Assembly (NCBI GenBank): GCA_021824065.1
Contig: JAKALU010000005.1
Coordinates: 1-56,780 of the forward strand
Direction: 5' to 3'
Length of the DNA stretch: 56,780 nucleotides
DNA from: Nitrospirota bacterium
GTDB lineage: Bacteria > Nitrospirota > Thermodesulfovibrionia > Thermodesulfovibrionales > UBA1546
A program made the position numbers and the translations under genes. The notes beneath the pieces were generated by a model. It did not search any database. It was given only the letters and a program-made list of their open reading frames with translations, and was not told the DNA's origin. Of this stretch, positions 28,198 through 38,529 are shown one piece after another. The stretch's first letter is position 1, and each line of letters begins with the position of its first letter.

Positions 28198-29775
28198 ATG
28201 CACAGAGGTCAACCAAATGCAAGTTCAGCAACAGGAACAAAAAACAGGGTTCAGGATCCGGCACCATCATCTGGTATATGCGCTGTTTGTCTTGATGGGT
28301 GCCCAGGGCCATGCGAGGTTGGGAAGTCTTCCTATAGAGGAAGAGAAGTTCTCTATCCAATGCCGTTCGGGAAAATTACTGCAGGTGCAACAAAAAAATA
28401 CCCTGTGGATTATTCGCACATTAATATTCAGGGTACATGTGTTGGCGCTGTTGGAGTTGAGGCTGATTCTGACAAGGCGTTATTCCCCAAGGTATCGACT
28501 GAGGTGGAACTCGGTGGTAACAAGAACAAGGTTAAACTTAGCCTGCCTGTTTTTACAGGTGCATTGGGCTCAACTGATATTGCAAAGGATAACTGGGAAG
28601 GTCTTGCTGTCGGTGCTGCTATTTCAGGGATTATGGTTGTGATAGGTGAGAATGTTGTTGGAATGGACCCGAATGCAGAGTTCAAAAATGGCAGGGTAGT
28701 GAAGTCCCCCGAATTGGAAAGAAGGGTCAAATCTTTTAAGGAATGGCACAATGCATATGGTGAGATAATACTGCAGCAGAATGTTGAGGATACAAGGCTC
28801 GGTTCTGCAGAGTATGCAGTTGAAAAACTTGGTGTTAACTGCATAGAACTCAAGTGGGGTCAGGGCGCAAAGAACATTGGCGGCGAAGTGAAGTTAAAAA
28901 CGCTTGAGAGAGCACAGGAACTGAAAAAAAGAGGTTATATTGTGCTGCCAGATCCAGAGGATCCAACAGTACTGAAAGGATTCAAAGAAGGTGAATTTAA
29001 AGAATTCGAGAGACATTCAAGGCTCGGCATGGTCGAGTATGACGGGTTTATGAAAGCTGTTAAGCATTATAGAAATGCAGGAGCAAAGTTCGTTTCTTTG
29101 AAAACAGGCGCTTACAGGATATCTGACCTTGCAAGGGCTATAAAATTTTCTTCTGATGCTGAGATCGATCTCCTGACAATAGATGGCGCTGGAGGAGGCA
29201 CAGGTATGAGCCCATGGAGAATGATGATGGAATGGGGAATCCCAACAATCTATCTCCAGGCATTAGCGTATAAATTCGCTTCCCAGTTAAAGGCAAAGGG
29301 CAAATATGTGCCTGACCTTGCAATTGCTGGCGGTTTCTCCCTCGAAGACCATATATTCAAAGCACTGGCGCTGGGTGCGCCATTCTTCAAAGCAGTCTGC
29401 ATGGGAAGGTCACTTATGATTCCTGCGTTTGTTGGCAAAAACATCCAGAGATGGATTAAGGAAGATAAGTTAGCCCCGGAAATCAAGAAGTACGGTGATA
29501 CAGTCGAAAAAATATTCATAACCACAGAAACCCTGAAAGCAAAATATGGCAAAGATTTCAAGAAACTGCCTACAGGGGCTGTTGCAATGTACACATTTGC
29601 TGACAGGCTTAAGCTTGGACTTCAGCAGCTTATGGCTGGAGCAAGAAAATTTTCTGTCAAGTACATTGACAGAAATGACATTGTCAGCCTCACAAAAGAA
29701 TGCGCAGATGTAACAGGGATTCCTTATGTGATGGAATCAGACATGAAAGAGGCTGAGAGGATATTGTTAGGGTAG
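28198..29775 (+). CDS. FMN-binding glutamate synthase family protein (stand-alone)
   Basis: CAVCLDGCPGPC, ELKWGQGAK, DGAGGGTGMSP, AGG; GGAGG RBS before ATG 28198. Confidence 0.88.
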   Translation: MHRGQPNASSATGTKNRVQDPAPSSGICAVCLDGCPGPCEVGKSSYRGREVLYPMPFGKITAGATKKYPVDYSHINIQGTCVGAVGVEADSDKALFPKVSTEVELGGNKNKVKLSLPVFTGALGSTDIAKDNWEGLAVGAAISGIMVVIGENVVGMDPNAEFKNGRVVKSPELERRVKSFKEWHNAYGEIILQQNVEDTRLGSAEYAVEKLGVNCIELKWGQGAKNIGGEVKLKTLERAQELKKRGYIVLPDPEDPTVLKGFKEGEFKEFERHSRLGMVEYDGFMKAVKHYRNAGAKFVSLKTGAYRISDLARAIKFSSDAEIDLLTIDGAGGGTGMSPWRMMMEWGIPTIYLQALAYKFASQLKAKGKYVPDLAIAGGFSLEDHIFKALALGAPFFKAVCMGRSLMIPAFVGKNIQRWIKEDKLAPEIKKYGDTVEKIFITTETLKAKYGKDFKKLPTGAVAMYTFADRLKLGLQQLMAGARKFSVKYIDRNDIVSLTKECADVTGIPYVMESDMKEAERILLG

Positions 29776-29804
29776 GAAGAAGATTTAAAACACAAAAAAT
29801 ATTA

Positions 29805-29850
29805 CACCCTCCCCCAATCCCCTCCCATCAAGGGAGGGGAGGGTGAGGGG
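29805..29850. repeat. C/G-run REP-like palindrome (same style as the hom insert)
   Basis: TCCCCTCCC ATCAA GGGAGGGGA with CACCCTC/GAGGGTG flanks. Confidence 0.6.
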
Positions 29851-29868
29851 ATTAAGGGCGAAAATTTT

Positions 29869-31192
<1,324 letters not shown>

Positions 31193-31193
<1 letters not shown>

Positions 31194-32518
31194 TGAAGAC
31201 AACAAAGGTATTGGAAAAGGCAAAAAAAGATAAGGTGATTTTTATAAACCTTCAGTTTACAGACATGCTGGGCTGTCTGAAGGAAGTAACTGCGCCTGTT
31301 CAAAATCTCCCTGACATAATGAAATACGGTGCATGGTTTGATGGTTCTTCTGTAGAGGGATTTGCAAGGATTCATGAAAGCGACCTTTATCTCAAGCCTG
31401 ATCCGGATACCTATGCAATTATTCCATGGTTGAGTTCTCCGGATGGAAATACAGCAAGGCTCATATGTGATATTTACATGCCTGACGGCAGCCCGTTTGA
31501 AGGAGATCCAAGGTTTATTTTAAAGAAGACTCTAAAAAAGGCTTCTGATATGGGTTTTGAATATGATGTAGGGCCTGAGCTTGAATTTTTCCTGTTTAGA
31601 AACGGTGCCGAGAAACTTACACCTATGGACAGCGGCGGTTATTTTGACCTTGCCAGCGATGAGGCGCATACCATAACAAGGGAGATAACAACTTCCCTTG
31701 AAATGTTTGGAATAGATGTTGAGGCATCACATCATGAGGTTGCACCAGGCCAATGCGAGATAGATTTTAAATATGGAGATGCCCTTAAAACTGCTGATAG
31801 GCTTTTAACATTGAGGGTAACTGTAAAGGCTATTGCACAGAGACATGGATTAAGGGCGTCTTTTATGCCCAAGCCGGTTATGGGCATGGCTGGTTCTGGC
31901 ATGCATGTCCATCAGAGCCTTTTTAACATTAAAACAAAAAAGAATGCATTTTATGACCGCAGTGATAAGTATAAGCTTTCAAAGACTGCATATAATTTTA
32001 TTTCAGGGCAACTCCACAACATAAAGGGAATGACAGCAGTTTTGTGCCCTACAGTTAATTCATATAAAAGGCTTGTAACAGGATTCGAGGCGCCTGTATA
32101 TATCTCATGGGCAAGGATAAACAGGTCAGCCCTTATAAGGGTTCCCCACTGGTTTGAGGATAAACCAAACTCAGCGCGGATAGAACTGAGATGTCCTGAC
32201 CCTGCATGCAATCCATATTTGGCATTTGCTGTGATGCTGGCAGCAGGGCTTGACGGCATTAAGAAAAACCTGAAATTGTCAGAACCTGTAGAGGAAAATC
32301 TGTATAAATTCGATGAAGAAAGACTCGCATCAATGAACATAGATACTCTCCCATCATCTTTGTATGAGTCAATAAATGAGCTTAAAAATAATAAGCTGAT
32401 ACAGGATGCGCTGGGGAAACACCTGTACAAAAGGTATATTCACATAAAGACAAAAGAATGGAATGAATTCAAGATGCAGGTGACAGAATGGGAGAGAGAG
32501 AAGTATCTGGATATATAA
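31193..32518 (+). CDS. glnA: Glutamine synthetase type I
   Basis: FDGSS, GPELEFF, HHEVA, FMPKP, GSGMHVH, NRSALIR, IELRCPD. Confidence 0.97.
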
Positions 32519-32544
32519 TAAAGTATTTGGCTGATGCTGTTATT

Positions 32545-32850
32545 TCATGCAACCTTTGAGTATTCTTTTACTTCTTTTTCGAGCCGTTCACCGAGTTCCT
32601 CTGCCGTAACATCAAGGTCATACTGAGACTGCAACCCGAGCCAGAACTCTGAGGATGTTCCAAAGAACCTTGCCAGTCTGAGGGCAGTATCTGCCGTAAT
32701 CTTTCTTTTTCCGAGGATTATCTCGTTTATCCTCCGGGGAGGTACGCCTATATTCAGGGCAAGCCTGTTCTGGCTCAAACCCATAGGCTTAAGAAATTCC
32801 TCGAGAAGAACTTCGCCGGGGTGTACGGGTTTTAATCTTTTCTTTTTCAT
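32545..32850 (-). CDS. higA: HigA addiction module antidote
   Basis: PVHPGEVLLEEFL, ITADTALRL, FWLGLQ. Confidence 0.93.
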   Translation of the reverse strand: MKKKRLKPVHPGEVLLEEFLKPMGLSQNRLALNIGVPPRRINEIILGKRKITADTALRLARFFGTSSEFWLGLQSQYDLDVTAEELGERLEKEVKEYSKVA

Positions 32851-32860
32851 GTCTCACTCC

Positions 32861-33142
32861 TTAATGGTAATCTGTTATTTCGACATAGTACGCATCGCTA
32901 CCTTTCCAGATAAAACAGATGCGCCATTGGTCATTAATCCTTATGCTATACTGTCCTGCACGATTGCCAGCCAGCTTCTCAAGTCTATTCGCTGGAGGAA
33001 TTCTTAAGTCATTGATGCTCTGAGCATTGTTGATCATTCTTAATTTCCTCAATGCAATCTGCTGTATATCGCTCGGTAATTTTCTTGACCCTTCTCTGTG
33101 ATATATCTTCTCAGTCTCGCTATCCCGAAACGATTTGATCAT
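32861..33142 (-). CDS. higB: HigB/RelE-like toxin
   Basis: MIKSF, PPANRLEKL, SIRINDQWRICF, EITDYH; TAACGC-N3-GCGTTA palindrome upstream. Confidence 0.93.
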   Translation of the reverse strand: MIKSFRDSETEKIYHREGSRKLPSDIQQIALRKLRMINNAQSINDLRIPPANRLEKLAGNRAGQYSIRINDQWRICFIWKGSDAYYVEITDYH

Positions 33143-33202
33143 TGTACAGTATATAACGCATCGCGTTAAACGTCAAGGATTATAATTTTGGGAGGGTAGG
33201 AT

Positions 33203-33265
33203 ATGTGGAATGAATTCAAGATGCAGGTGACAGAGTGGGAGAGAGAGAAGTATCTGGATATTTGA
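33203..33265 (+). other. Duplicate of the last 60 bp of glnA, preceded by GGAGG and an in-frame ATG (20-codon mini-ORF)
   Basis: 33206-33265 matches 32459-32518 at 57/60 nt; translates MWNEFKMQVTEWEREKYLDI. Confidence 0.85.
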
Positions 33266-33329
33266 TTATTCCGTTTCCAATCTAACGCCTAAACTCATGG
33301 TGCTATTTCTGTCACATCCGGCCTGCTTT

Positions 33330-33366
33330 GAGATTGCTTCGGTCAAATCAACCTCTTAGCAATGAC
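33330..33366. repeat. REP-like element GAGATTGC..GCAATGAC
   Basis: Shares both ends with the copy at 52624-52662. Confidence 0.6.
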
Positions 33367-33453
33367 GCAAAACAAAAGAGGCAGGGGACTGCCTCCTTTA
33401 AGACTCTTGACTAACAGCTAAAAACTGAAAACTGGTTTAAAGACCAACTGGTC

Positions 33454-33666
33454 TCAGCACCCCCAGGGGTTTCAGCCACCGCCGCCTCCATAAAGCAGGC
33501 TGTGGATTTCAGAAGGACTCAGCGGACCAGACAGCTTCAACTGTTTTTCTCCACAGCCGGGACACGCTTCTTTCTGTATATCAACAGCATTATCTATCAT
33601 TGTTGCATATTGGCTTCCGCATTGCTGGCATATGCATCTGTTGTACGACATTGTACTTGTTTTCAT
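33454..33666 (-). CDS. FmdB-like zinc-ribbon protein, possible selenoprotein (UGA at 33472-33474)
   Basis: GGAGGTGA RBS, ATG 33666; CQQCG and CPGCG; GGGGG-TGA-NPWGC-TGA; readthrough is inferred. Confidence 0.6.
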
Positions 33667-33821
33667 AGTTGTCCAATCACCTCCGATGGAATGATATTGT
33701 TGCATTGTTTATTGATTATATCACAAATAACTTCTGCATGTCACTATAATTTTTCATTTATCTGTTTTCTTGTTAAGAGATTTTATTGCATCGTGTAATA
33801 AAAAACTTGTATGCTGATGCT

Positions 33822-34241
33822 ATGCCGATATTCGTAGTCCATGAGCATCATGCCAGACACCTCCATTTTGATTTCAGGCTGGAGATGGAAGGCGTCCTTA
33901 AATCATGGGCAGTGCCAAAAGGGCCGTCTATGAACCCTGAGGAAAAGAGACTTGCTGTCATGGTGGAAGACCATACCCTCGAATACGGCACGTTCGAAGG
34001 GGCAATACCCGAGGGGCAATACGGAGCCGGACGGGTCGTTATATGGGATAAGGGTACATATGATCTTATAGGAGGAGGCATGGCTGAAGGAAAGATCGAG
34101 TTTTTATTGAAGGGGAGAAAATTGCGAGGGATATTCGTGCTTACAAAGATGAAAGGTAAAGAAAAGAAGTGGCTTCTAATAAAAAAGAAGGATGAATACG
34201 CAGACCCTTTCTTTAGACTGAAGACCGTTCTGATTTTATGA
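33822..34241 (+). CDS. Stand-alone LigD 3'-phosphoesterase domain protein
   Basis: [38 protein letters not shown]. Confidence 0.9.
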   Translation: MPIFVVHEHHARHLHFDFRLEMEGVLKSWAVPKGPSMNPEEKRLAVMVEDHTLEYGTFEGAIPEGQYGAGRVVIWDKGTYDLIGGGMAEGKIEFLLKGRKLRGIFVLTKMKGKEKKWLLIKKKDEYADPFFRLKTVLIL

Positions 34242-34267
34242 ACAGTCCTGTCTAAATGTGGAACACT

Positions 34268-34323
34268 ATAGATAACCTGAATTTTTAAATTGAAGTTGAC
34301 AGTAAAATGTATTTAGGTATATT
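34268..34323 (+). promoter_or_regulatory. Promoter with conserved upstream motif, copy 1
   Basis: ATAGATAACCTGAATTTTTAAATTGAAGTTGACA then TATATT; similar to 38354 and 41629. Confidence 0.6.
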
Positions 34324-34468
34324 TTTAAAAAGATAGATCTGATATTAAGAAATAAAAAGATCGATTAAATGCATAGGGGAGGTGAGGAAAAGTAAGGTTT
34401 TAGTGAGTATACTGCGTAGTTAATATCTTCTAAAAAATTAAAAACAAAAAAAGGACGGGGAGAAAAAA

Positions 34469-35620
34469 ATGAAGAAAAGTTTTACGGTTATTTTGCTTCT
34501 GGTATTAGCCGCAATTAGCTATATAGTATTCAGTGGAGTCCCGGGTTACGGAGGGGCTACAGCTCCAGGTTATGGGGGTTCAACATCGACTGCTGCGTCT
34601 GCAGAAAAGGCAGTAGCGGTAGAAGCAAAAGAGATAAAGGCAGCCAAGGAACCAAAATTTAACGCTATTGCTTATATAGCAGGACACGGCGGTCATCTGG
34701 CAGTTATTGACCTCAGGACTATGAAGGCCCCGGTGGACATGGAAAAGGGCAGGATTGTTCTTACAGAAGCTGGCTCTGAGATGGAAGGCAAGATTGCCGG
34801 CATGAGCTTTGAAGAGGTTAAGAAGGCTGGCGGTTCTCACGGTCAAGCGCTCATAAAACAGAAGGGTAAAAAGGTTTTGGTTGCCGGTACATTGGCTGGC
34901 AATGTCTATAAGGTTGATCTCAGCACAGGGAAAAAGGAAGGACCCTTTAAGGTAGGAGAGAAGTTCTGCGGCGCTATAGTCGGCCCTGATGGCAATATTT
35001 ACCTTGAGGATATGGCAGACGGTCATATATACATTTGGGATGCAAACAAGTTGAAGACTGTAGACAAGATGCCTGTAGGCAAAGCGCTATGCGGTATCCA
35101 ATGGACTAAAGGTGCTAAGAAAGCATACATTACCGATATGCCTGTGGGTGTAGTTTACGTCTATGACTGGAAGACTAAGAAAAAGATAAAGGAAATCAGC
35201 AGCCCTGAGATGACATTTATTCACCAGGCCAGAATGACCCCTGATGGGAAATATCTCTGGGTAAGCGCTCCAAATGAGTTTGACCCAGGGCTTAAACCAG
35301 GCACACACAAGAGCCAGGTCATTATTATTGACACCGCCAAAGATGAGATCGTTAAACGTATAATTCTACCTGATAATGTAAGACCTCACGACTTTGCATT
35401 TACCAAAGACGGTAAATATGCTTTCCTTTCATCCAGGACATATGGGGATGACAGCACACTAAACATAATGGATATGAAAAACTACAATATTGTAGGGAAA
35501 GTGTCAGCATGCGCTGAATGCCATAAGGCTGCAGGAGTAACGGTCAAAGTCGATAAAGGCTCACCACTTCTTTGCGGTATAGAGGTTGATTGGAGTCCAG
35601 CAAAGGTGGCTAAGAAGTAA
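34469..35620 (+). CDS. Secreted YncE/YVTN-like beta-propeller with C-terminal CXXCH heme motif (paralog 1)
   Basis: Signal peptide; AGHGGH; TPDGKY and TKDGKY blades; CAECH; LLCG. Confidence 0.75.
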   Translation: MKKSFTVILLLVLAAISYIVFSGVPGYGGATAPGYGGSTSTAASAEKAVAVEAKEIKAAKEPKFNAIAYIAGHGGHLAVIDLRTMKAPVDMEKGRIVLTEAGSEMEGKIAGMSFEEVKKAGGSHGQALIKQKGKKVLVAGTLAGNVYKVDLSTGKKEGPFKVGEKFCGAIVGPDGNIYLEDMADGHIYIWDANKLKTVDKMPVGKALCGIQWTKGAKKAYITDMPVGVVYVYDWKTKKKIKEISSPEMTFIHQARMTPDGKYLWVSAPNEFDPGLKPGTHKSQVIIIDTAKDEIVKRIILPDNVRPHDFAFTKDGKYAFLSSRTYGDDSTLNIMDMKNYNIVGKVSACAECHKAAGVTVKVDKGSPLLCGIEVDWSPAKVAKK

Positions 35621-35638
35621 ATTTAAAACTCTGAACTT

Positions 35639-35674
35639 AAGGGCTGGAGAATGTAAAGTTTTCCAGCCCTTTTT
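35639..35674 (+). terminator. Intrinsic terminator
   Basis: AAGGGCTGGA..TCCAGCCCTT followed by a T run. Confidence 0.7.
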
Positions 35675-35712
35675 ATGTCAATAGACATTACTATTGTATA
35701 ATTAACTATATA

Positions 35713-36918
35713 ATGAAAAAGATAAAAATCTTCAGCCTTGCCGTAAGAAACCTGAGAAGAAAATTCGTCCGTACATTTGTATTACTTCTGGTAGTTGCAG
35801 TAGTTACCGGCACATTGCTCAGTGCGACTATTTTCATAACCGGGATGAAGAATGCCATGAAGATTGGCACCTATCGACTTGGTGCAGATGTGCTTGTAGT
35901 ACCCGAGAAAAATGAATCTCAGGCAAAAGCAGCGCTGCTTGCTGGTGAGCCAACAAGCTTTTATATGGATAGGGATGTCCTTGAAAAAGTAAAAAAGATT
36001 GAAGGGGTAAAAAAGGCGTCTCCGCAGCTTTTTCTCAAACCATCGTCTTTCACCTGTTGTTTTAATGTAGATGTTTTTCTTGTGGCCTTTGAACCTAAGA
36101 CAGATTTTACAATAACTCCGTGGCTTGAAAAAAATCTTAAGAAACCTCTTGCAGGCAATGAGATTATAACAGGCAGGGAAATACCAGTTGTTGTAGGGGA
36201 TACAATCCCATTTTTTGGAGCACCCTTTAACGTTGTTGGCACTATGGAACCTACAGGCATGAAATTTTTTGACCAGACGGTTTTTATGACTATGGACGCA
36301 GCATATACCATGGCTGAAAACTCAAAGACTAAGTCAATGCAGCCAATCGATATAGCTAAGGATAAGATTTCAGCAGTGCTGGTTCAGGTTCAGGAAGGCT
36401 ATACCCCTGAAAGGGTTGCTATAAGAATAGAACATGATATTGAGGGGATTAAGGCGATCGCATCAGACGAGGTTATAAGTACGGTGCGAAGACAATTGAA
36501 CGGACTGCTGAGGGGGATACTCGCAATAAGCGCTGTATTATGGATACTGGCTCTTTTAATGATGGGTTTTGCATTCTATATGATTGTTAATGAGAGACAG
36601 AGGGAACTCGGTCTGCTAAGAGCGATGGGAGCGAAAAAGGGACATATTTTCAGCCTGATAATAACAGAGGCTGTCATGATATCTTTTATAGGCGGTGTTA
36701 TCGGATTAATAAGCGGTTATATGCTTTTGCTTACGTTTAAAAGTCTTATACTCCACAGCCTGAAATTACCATACCTTTTACCTCCTGTAATGGTTCTTAT
36801 TGAACTTCTGTCCGGTGCAATTATATTCTCTATGCTTACAGGGCTTCTATCATCCCTGTTGCCTGCTGTCTCTGCAAGCAAGATGGAGCCGTATGAAGCA
36901 ATTAGAAAAGGAGAATAA
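35713..36918 (+). CDS. MacB/FtsX-type ABC permease with periplasmic Cys-Cys motif (paralog 1)
   Basis: RLGADVLVVP, FTCCF, ERQRELGLLRAMGA, four TM segments. Confidence 0.88.
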   Translation: MKKIKIFSLAVRNLRRKFVRTFVLLLVVAVVTGTLLSATIFITGMKNAMKIGTYRLGADVLVVPEKNESQAKAALLAGEPTSFYMDRDVLEKVKKIEGVKKASPQLFLKPSSFTCCFNVDVFLVAFEPKTDFTITPWLEKNLKKPLAGNEIITGREIPVVVGDTIPFFGAPFNVVGTMEPTGMKFFDQTVFMTMDAAYTMAENSKTKSMQPIDIAKDKISAVLVQVQEGYTPERVAIRIEHDIEGIKAIASDEVISTVRRQLNGLLRGILAISAVLWILALLMMGFAFYMIVNERQRELGLLRAMGAKKGHIFSLIITEAVMISFIGGVIGLISGYMLLLTFKSLILHSLKLPYLLPPVMVLIELLSGAIIFSMLTGLLSSLLPAVSASKMEPYEAIRKGE

Positions 36919-36928
36919 GGGAGGAGAA

Positions 36929-37570
36929 ATGAAAATAGGTAATTTAATGATGACTATAAGGCTATGTATACCGGGTATGCTGATTATTGTTTTGCTATCA
37001 GTTATTTCATGCAAGAAGGAACAACCTATTCCAGAAAAAAGGCCGGTTCAGGCTATAAATCCATATTCAAGCGATTCTGTTTTTGCTGAAGTGAAAGAGA
37101 AATTACAAAAAAATCCCGATGATGTGGATGCACTATATCATCTTGCCGACCTGTATGACCGTAACGGGCAATATGCCGAAGCCATAGATGCATATAAAAA
37201 AGTGATAAAATTAAAGCCCGATATGGGATATGCATATTTTAAAATGGGCACAGCATATGATCGTCTCAATCAGCCTGCGGAGGCAATAAATGCGTTAAAG
37301 AAGGCTATAAAATATATGCCCAACTATGCAGCGTCATACAATAATCTTGGTATAGCTTACGGCAAGCTTAATAGATTTAATGAAGAAATAGCAGCTCTGA
37401 AAAAGGCGATAAAACTAAGGCCGACATATTCATCAGCCAGATATAATTTAGGTATCACATATTTAAAGACAGGGAATAAAAAGGCTTCTATGCAGGAATA
37501 TGAATCCTTAAAGAATTTTGACGAAGGCGCTGCAGAGGCTTTATTAAAAGAGATAAAAAGTGCTTCATAA
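36929..37570 (+). CDS. TPR lipoprotein
   Basis: GGAGG RBS before ATG 36929; LLSVISC lipobox-like; several TPR repeats (AYFKMG, SYNNLG, ARYNLG). Confidence 0.85.
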   Translation: MKIGNLMMTIRLCIPGMLIIVLLSVISCKKEQPIPEKRPVQAINPYSSDSVFAEVKEKLQKNPDDVDALYHLADLYDRNGQYAEAIDAYKKVIKLKPDMGYAYFKMGTAYDRLNQPAEAINALKKAIKYMPNYAASYNNLGIAYGKLNRFNEEIAALKKAIKLRPTYSSARYNLGITYLKTGNKKASMQEYESLKNFDEGAAEALLKEIKSAS

Positions 37571-37592
37571 AGAGATAAAAAGTGCTTCATAA
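37549..37592 (+). repeat. Perfect 22-bp tandem duplication of the TPR gene's 3' end
   Basis: AGAGATAAAAAGTGCTTCATAA twice. Confidence 0.9.
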
Positions 37593-37616
37593 GGACTAAG
37601 CTAAAAAATATAGTAT

Positions 37617-38282
37617 ATGATTGAGATCAAAAATCTTATAAAAACTTACAACATAGGCGGGCAGACCATTAAGGCTGTGGATAATGTAAGTTTGATGATT
37701 GAAAAAGGAGATCTCGTATCAATAGTCGGACATTCTGGCAGCGGGAAGACCACACTCTTGAGTCTAATAGGGGGGTTGACAATGCCTGCTTCGGGCTCTG
37801 TCATAATTGACGGAATAGATATATGGTCTATGGGCGATGACAAGCTTTCTGAGTTCAGGAATAAAAAGATCAGCTTTATATACCAGTTTTCGAGCCTTAT
37901 TCCAACCCTGACAGTTCTTGAAAACGTGATGCTTCCAACTGCTTTTGGATCTCATGATGAAAATGCAGAAGAGTATGCAAAGAAACTTCTTGATACAGTT
38001 GGACTGAAAGATAAGATGACTTCATATCCCTCACAACTTTCAGGCGGGCAGCAAAGGAGGGTTGCTATTGCAAGGGCATTTATTAATAAACCCGAGATTA
38101 TCCTTGCTGACGAACCCACCGGAGACCTCGATGAGGAGACAGAAAAAGAAATCTTAAGCCTTTTTCACAGTATGAATAGAGAAAAAAATATAACTTTTGT
38201 TATCGTAACCCACGATAAGGAGATTGCAAACCAGGCCAAAAGGAAATTAAAAATGGGTAATGGTTCTATTAAAGAACTATAA
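37617..38282 (+). CDS. ABC ATP-binding protein (LolD/MacB-like, paralog 1)
   Basis: GHSGSGKT, LSGGQ, ILADEPTG, VTH. Confidence 0.93.
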   Translation: MIEIKNLIKTYNIGGQTIKAVDNVSLMIEKGDLVSIVGHSGSGKTTLLSLIGGLTMPASGSVIIDGIDIWSMGDDKLSEFRNKKISFIYQFSSLIPTLTVLENVMLPTAFGSHDENAEEYAKKLLDTVGLKDKMTSYPSQLSGGQQRRVAIARAFINKPEIILADEPTGDLDEETEKEILSLFHSMNREKNITFVIVTHDKEIANQAKRKLKMGNGSIKEL

Positions 38283-38296
38283 AGCTGCCTGCAAGT

Positions 38297-38335
38297 GAAG
38301 CTCTCCCCCCGACCGAAAGTCGGAGGGAGAGCTTC
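38297..38335. terminator. Strong hairpin after the ATPase gene (terminator or REP)
   Basis: GAAGCTCTCCC.CCGAC/GTCGG.GGGAGAGCTTC. Confidence 0.55.
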
Positions 38336-38353
38336 TGCTACCATCCATGTAAA

Positions 38354-38409
38354 ATAGAAAGTCTAAACTTTAAACTTCAGGTTGACAAAGTTGGAATTGA
38401 TTATAAATA
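38354..38409 (+). promoter_or_regulatory. Promoter with conserved upstream motif, copy 2
   Basis: ATAGAAAGTCTAAACTTTAAACTTCAGGTTGACA. Confidence 0.55.
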
Positions 38410-38529
38410 CTATCCACAGAATATCTTTTATATCTTTGCGTAAATATAAAAGGAGGTGATATAGCAGGAAGCATTTGAGGGTTGTTTTTTGAAATTCTTA
38501 AAAAATAAAAGAAACGGGGAGGAAGTATA

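Noticed and set aside
33279-33330. TCTAAC after the glnA duplicate, as a possible attC
   Set aside because: No matching GTTRRRY box or stem found downstream
36800-36928. Extended N-termini given by the ORF track (also 16598, 28177, 42324, 47467, 49023)
   Set aside because: Downstream starts have a better RBS or match family N-termini; the extensions overlap neighbouring genes or repeats
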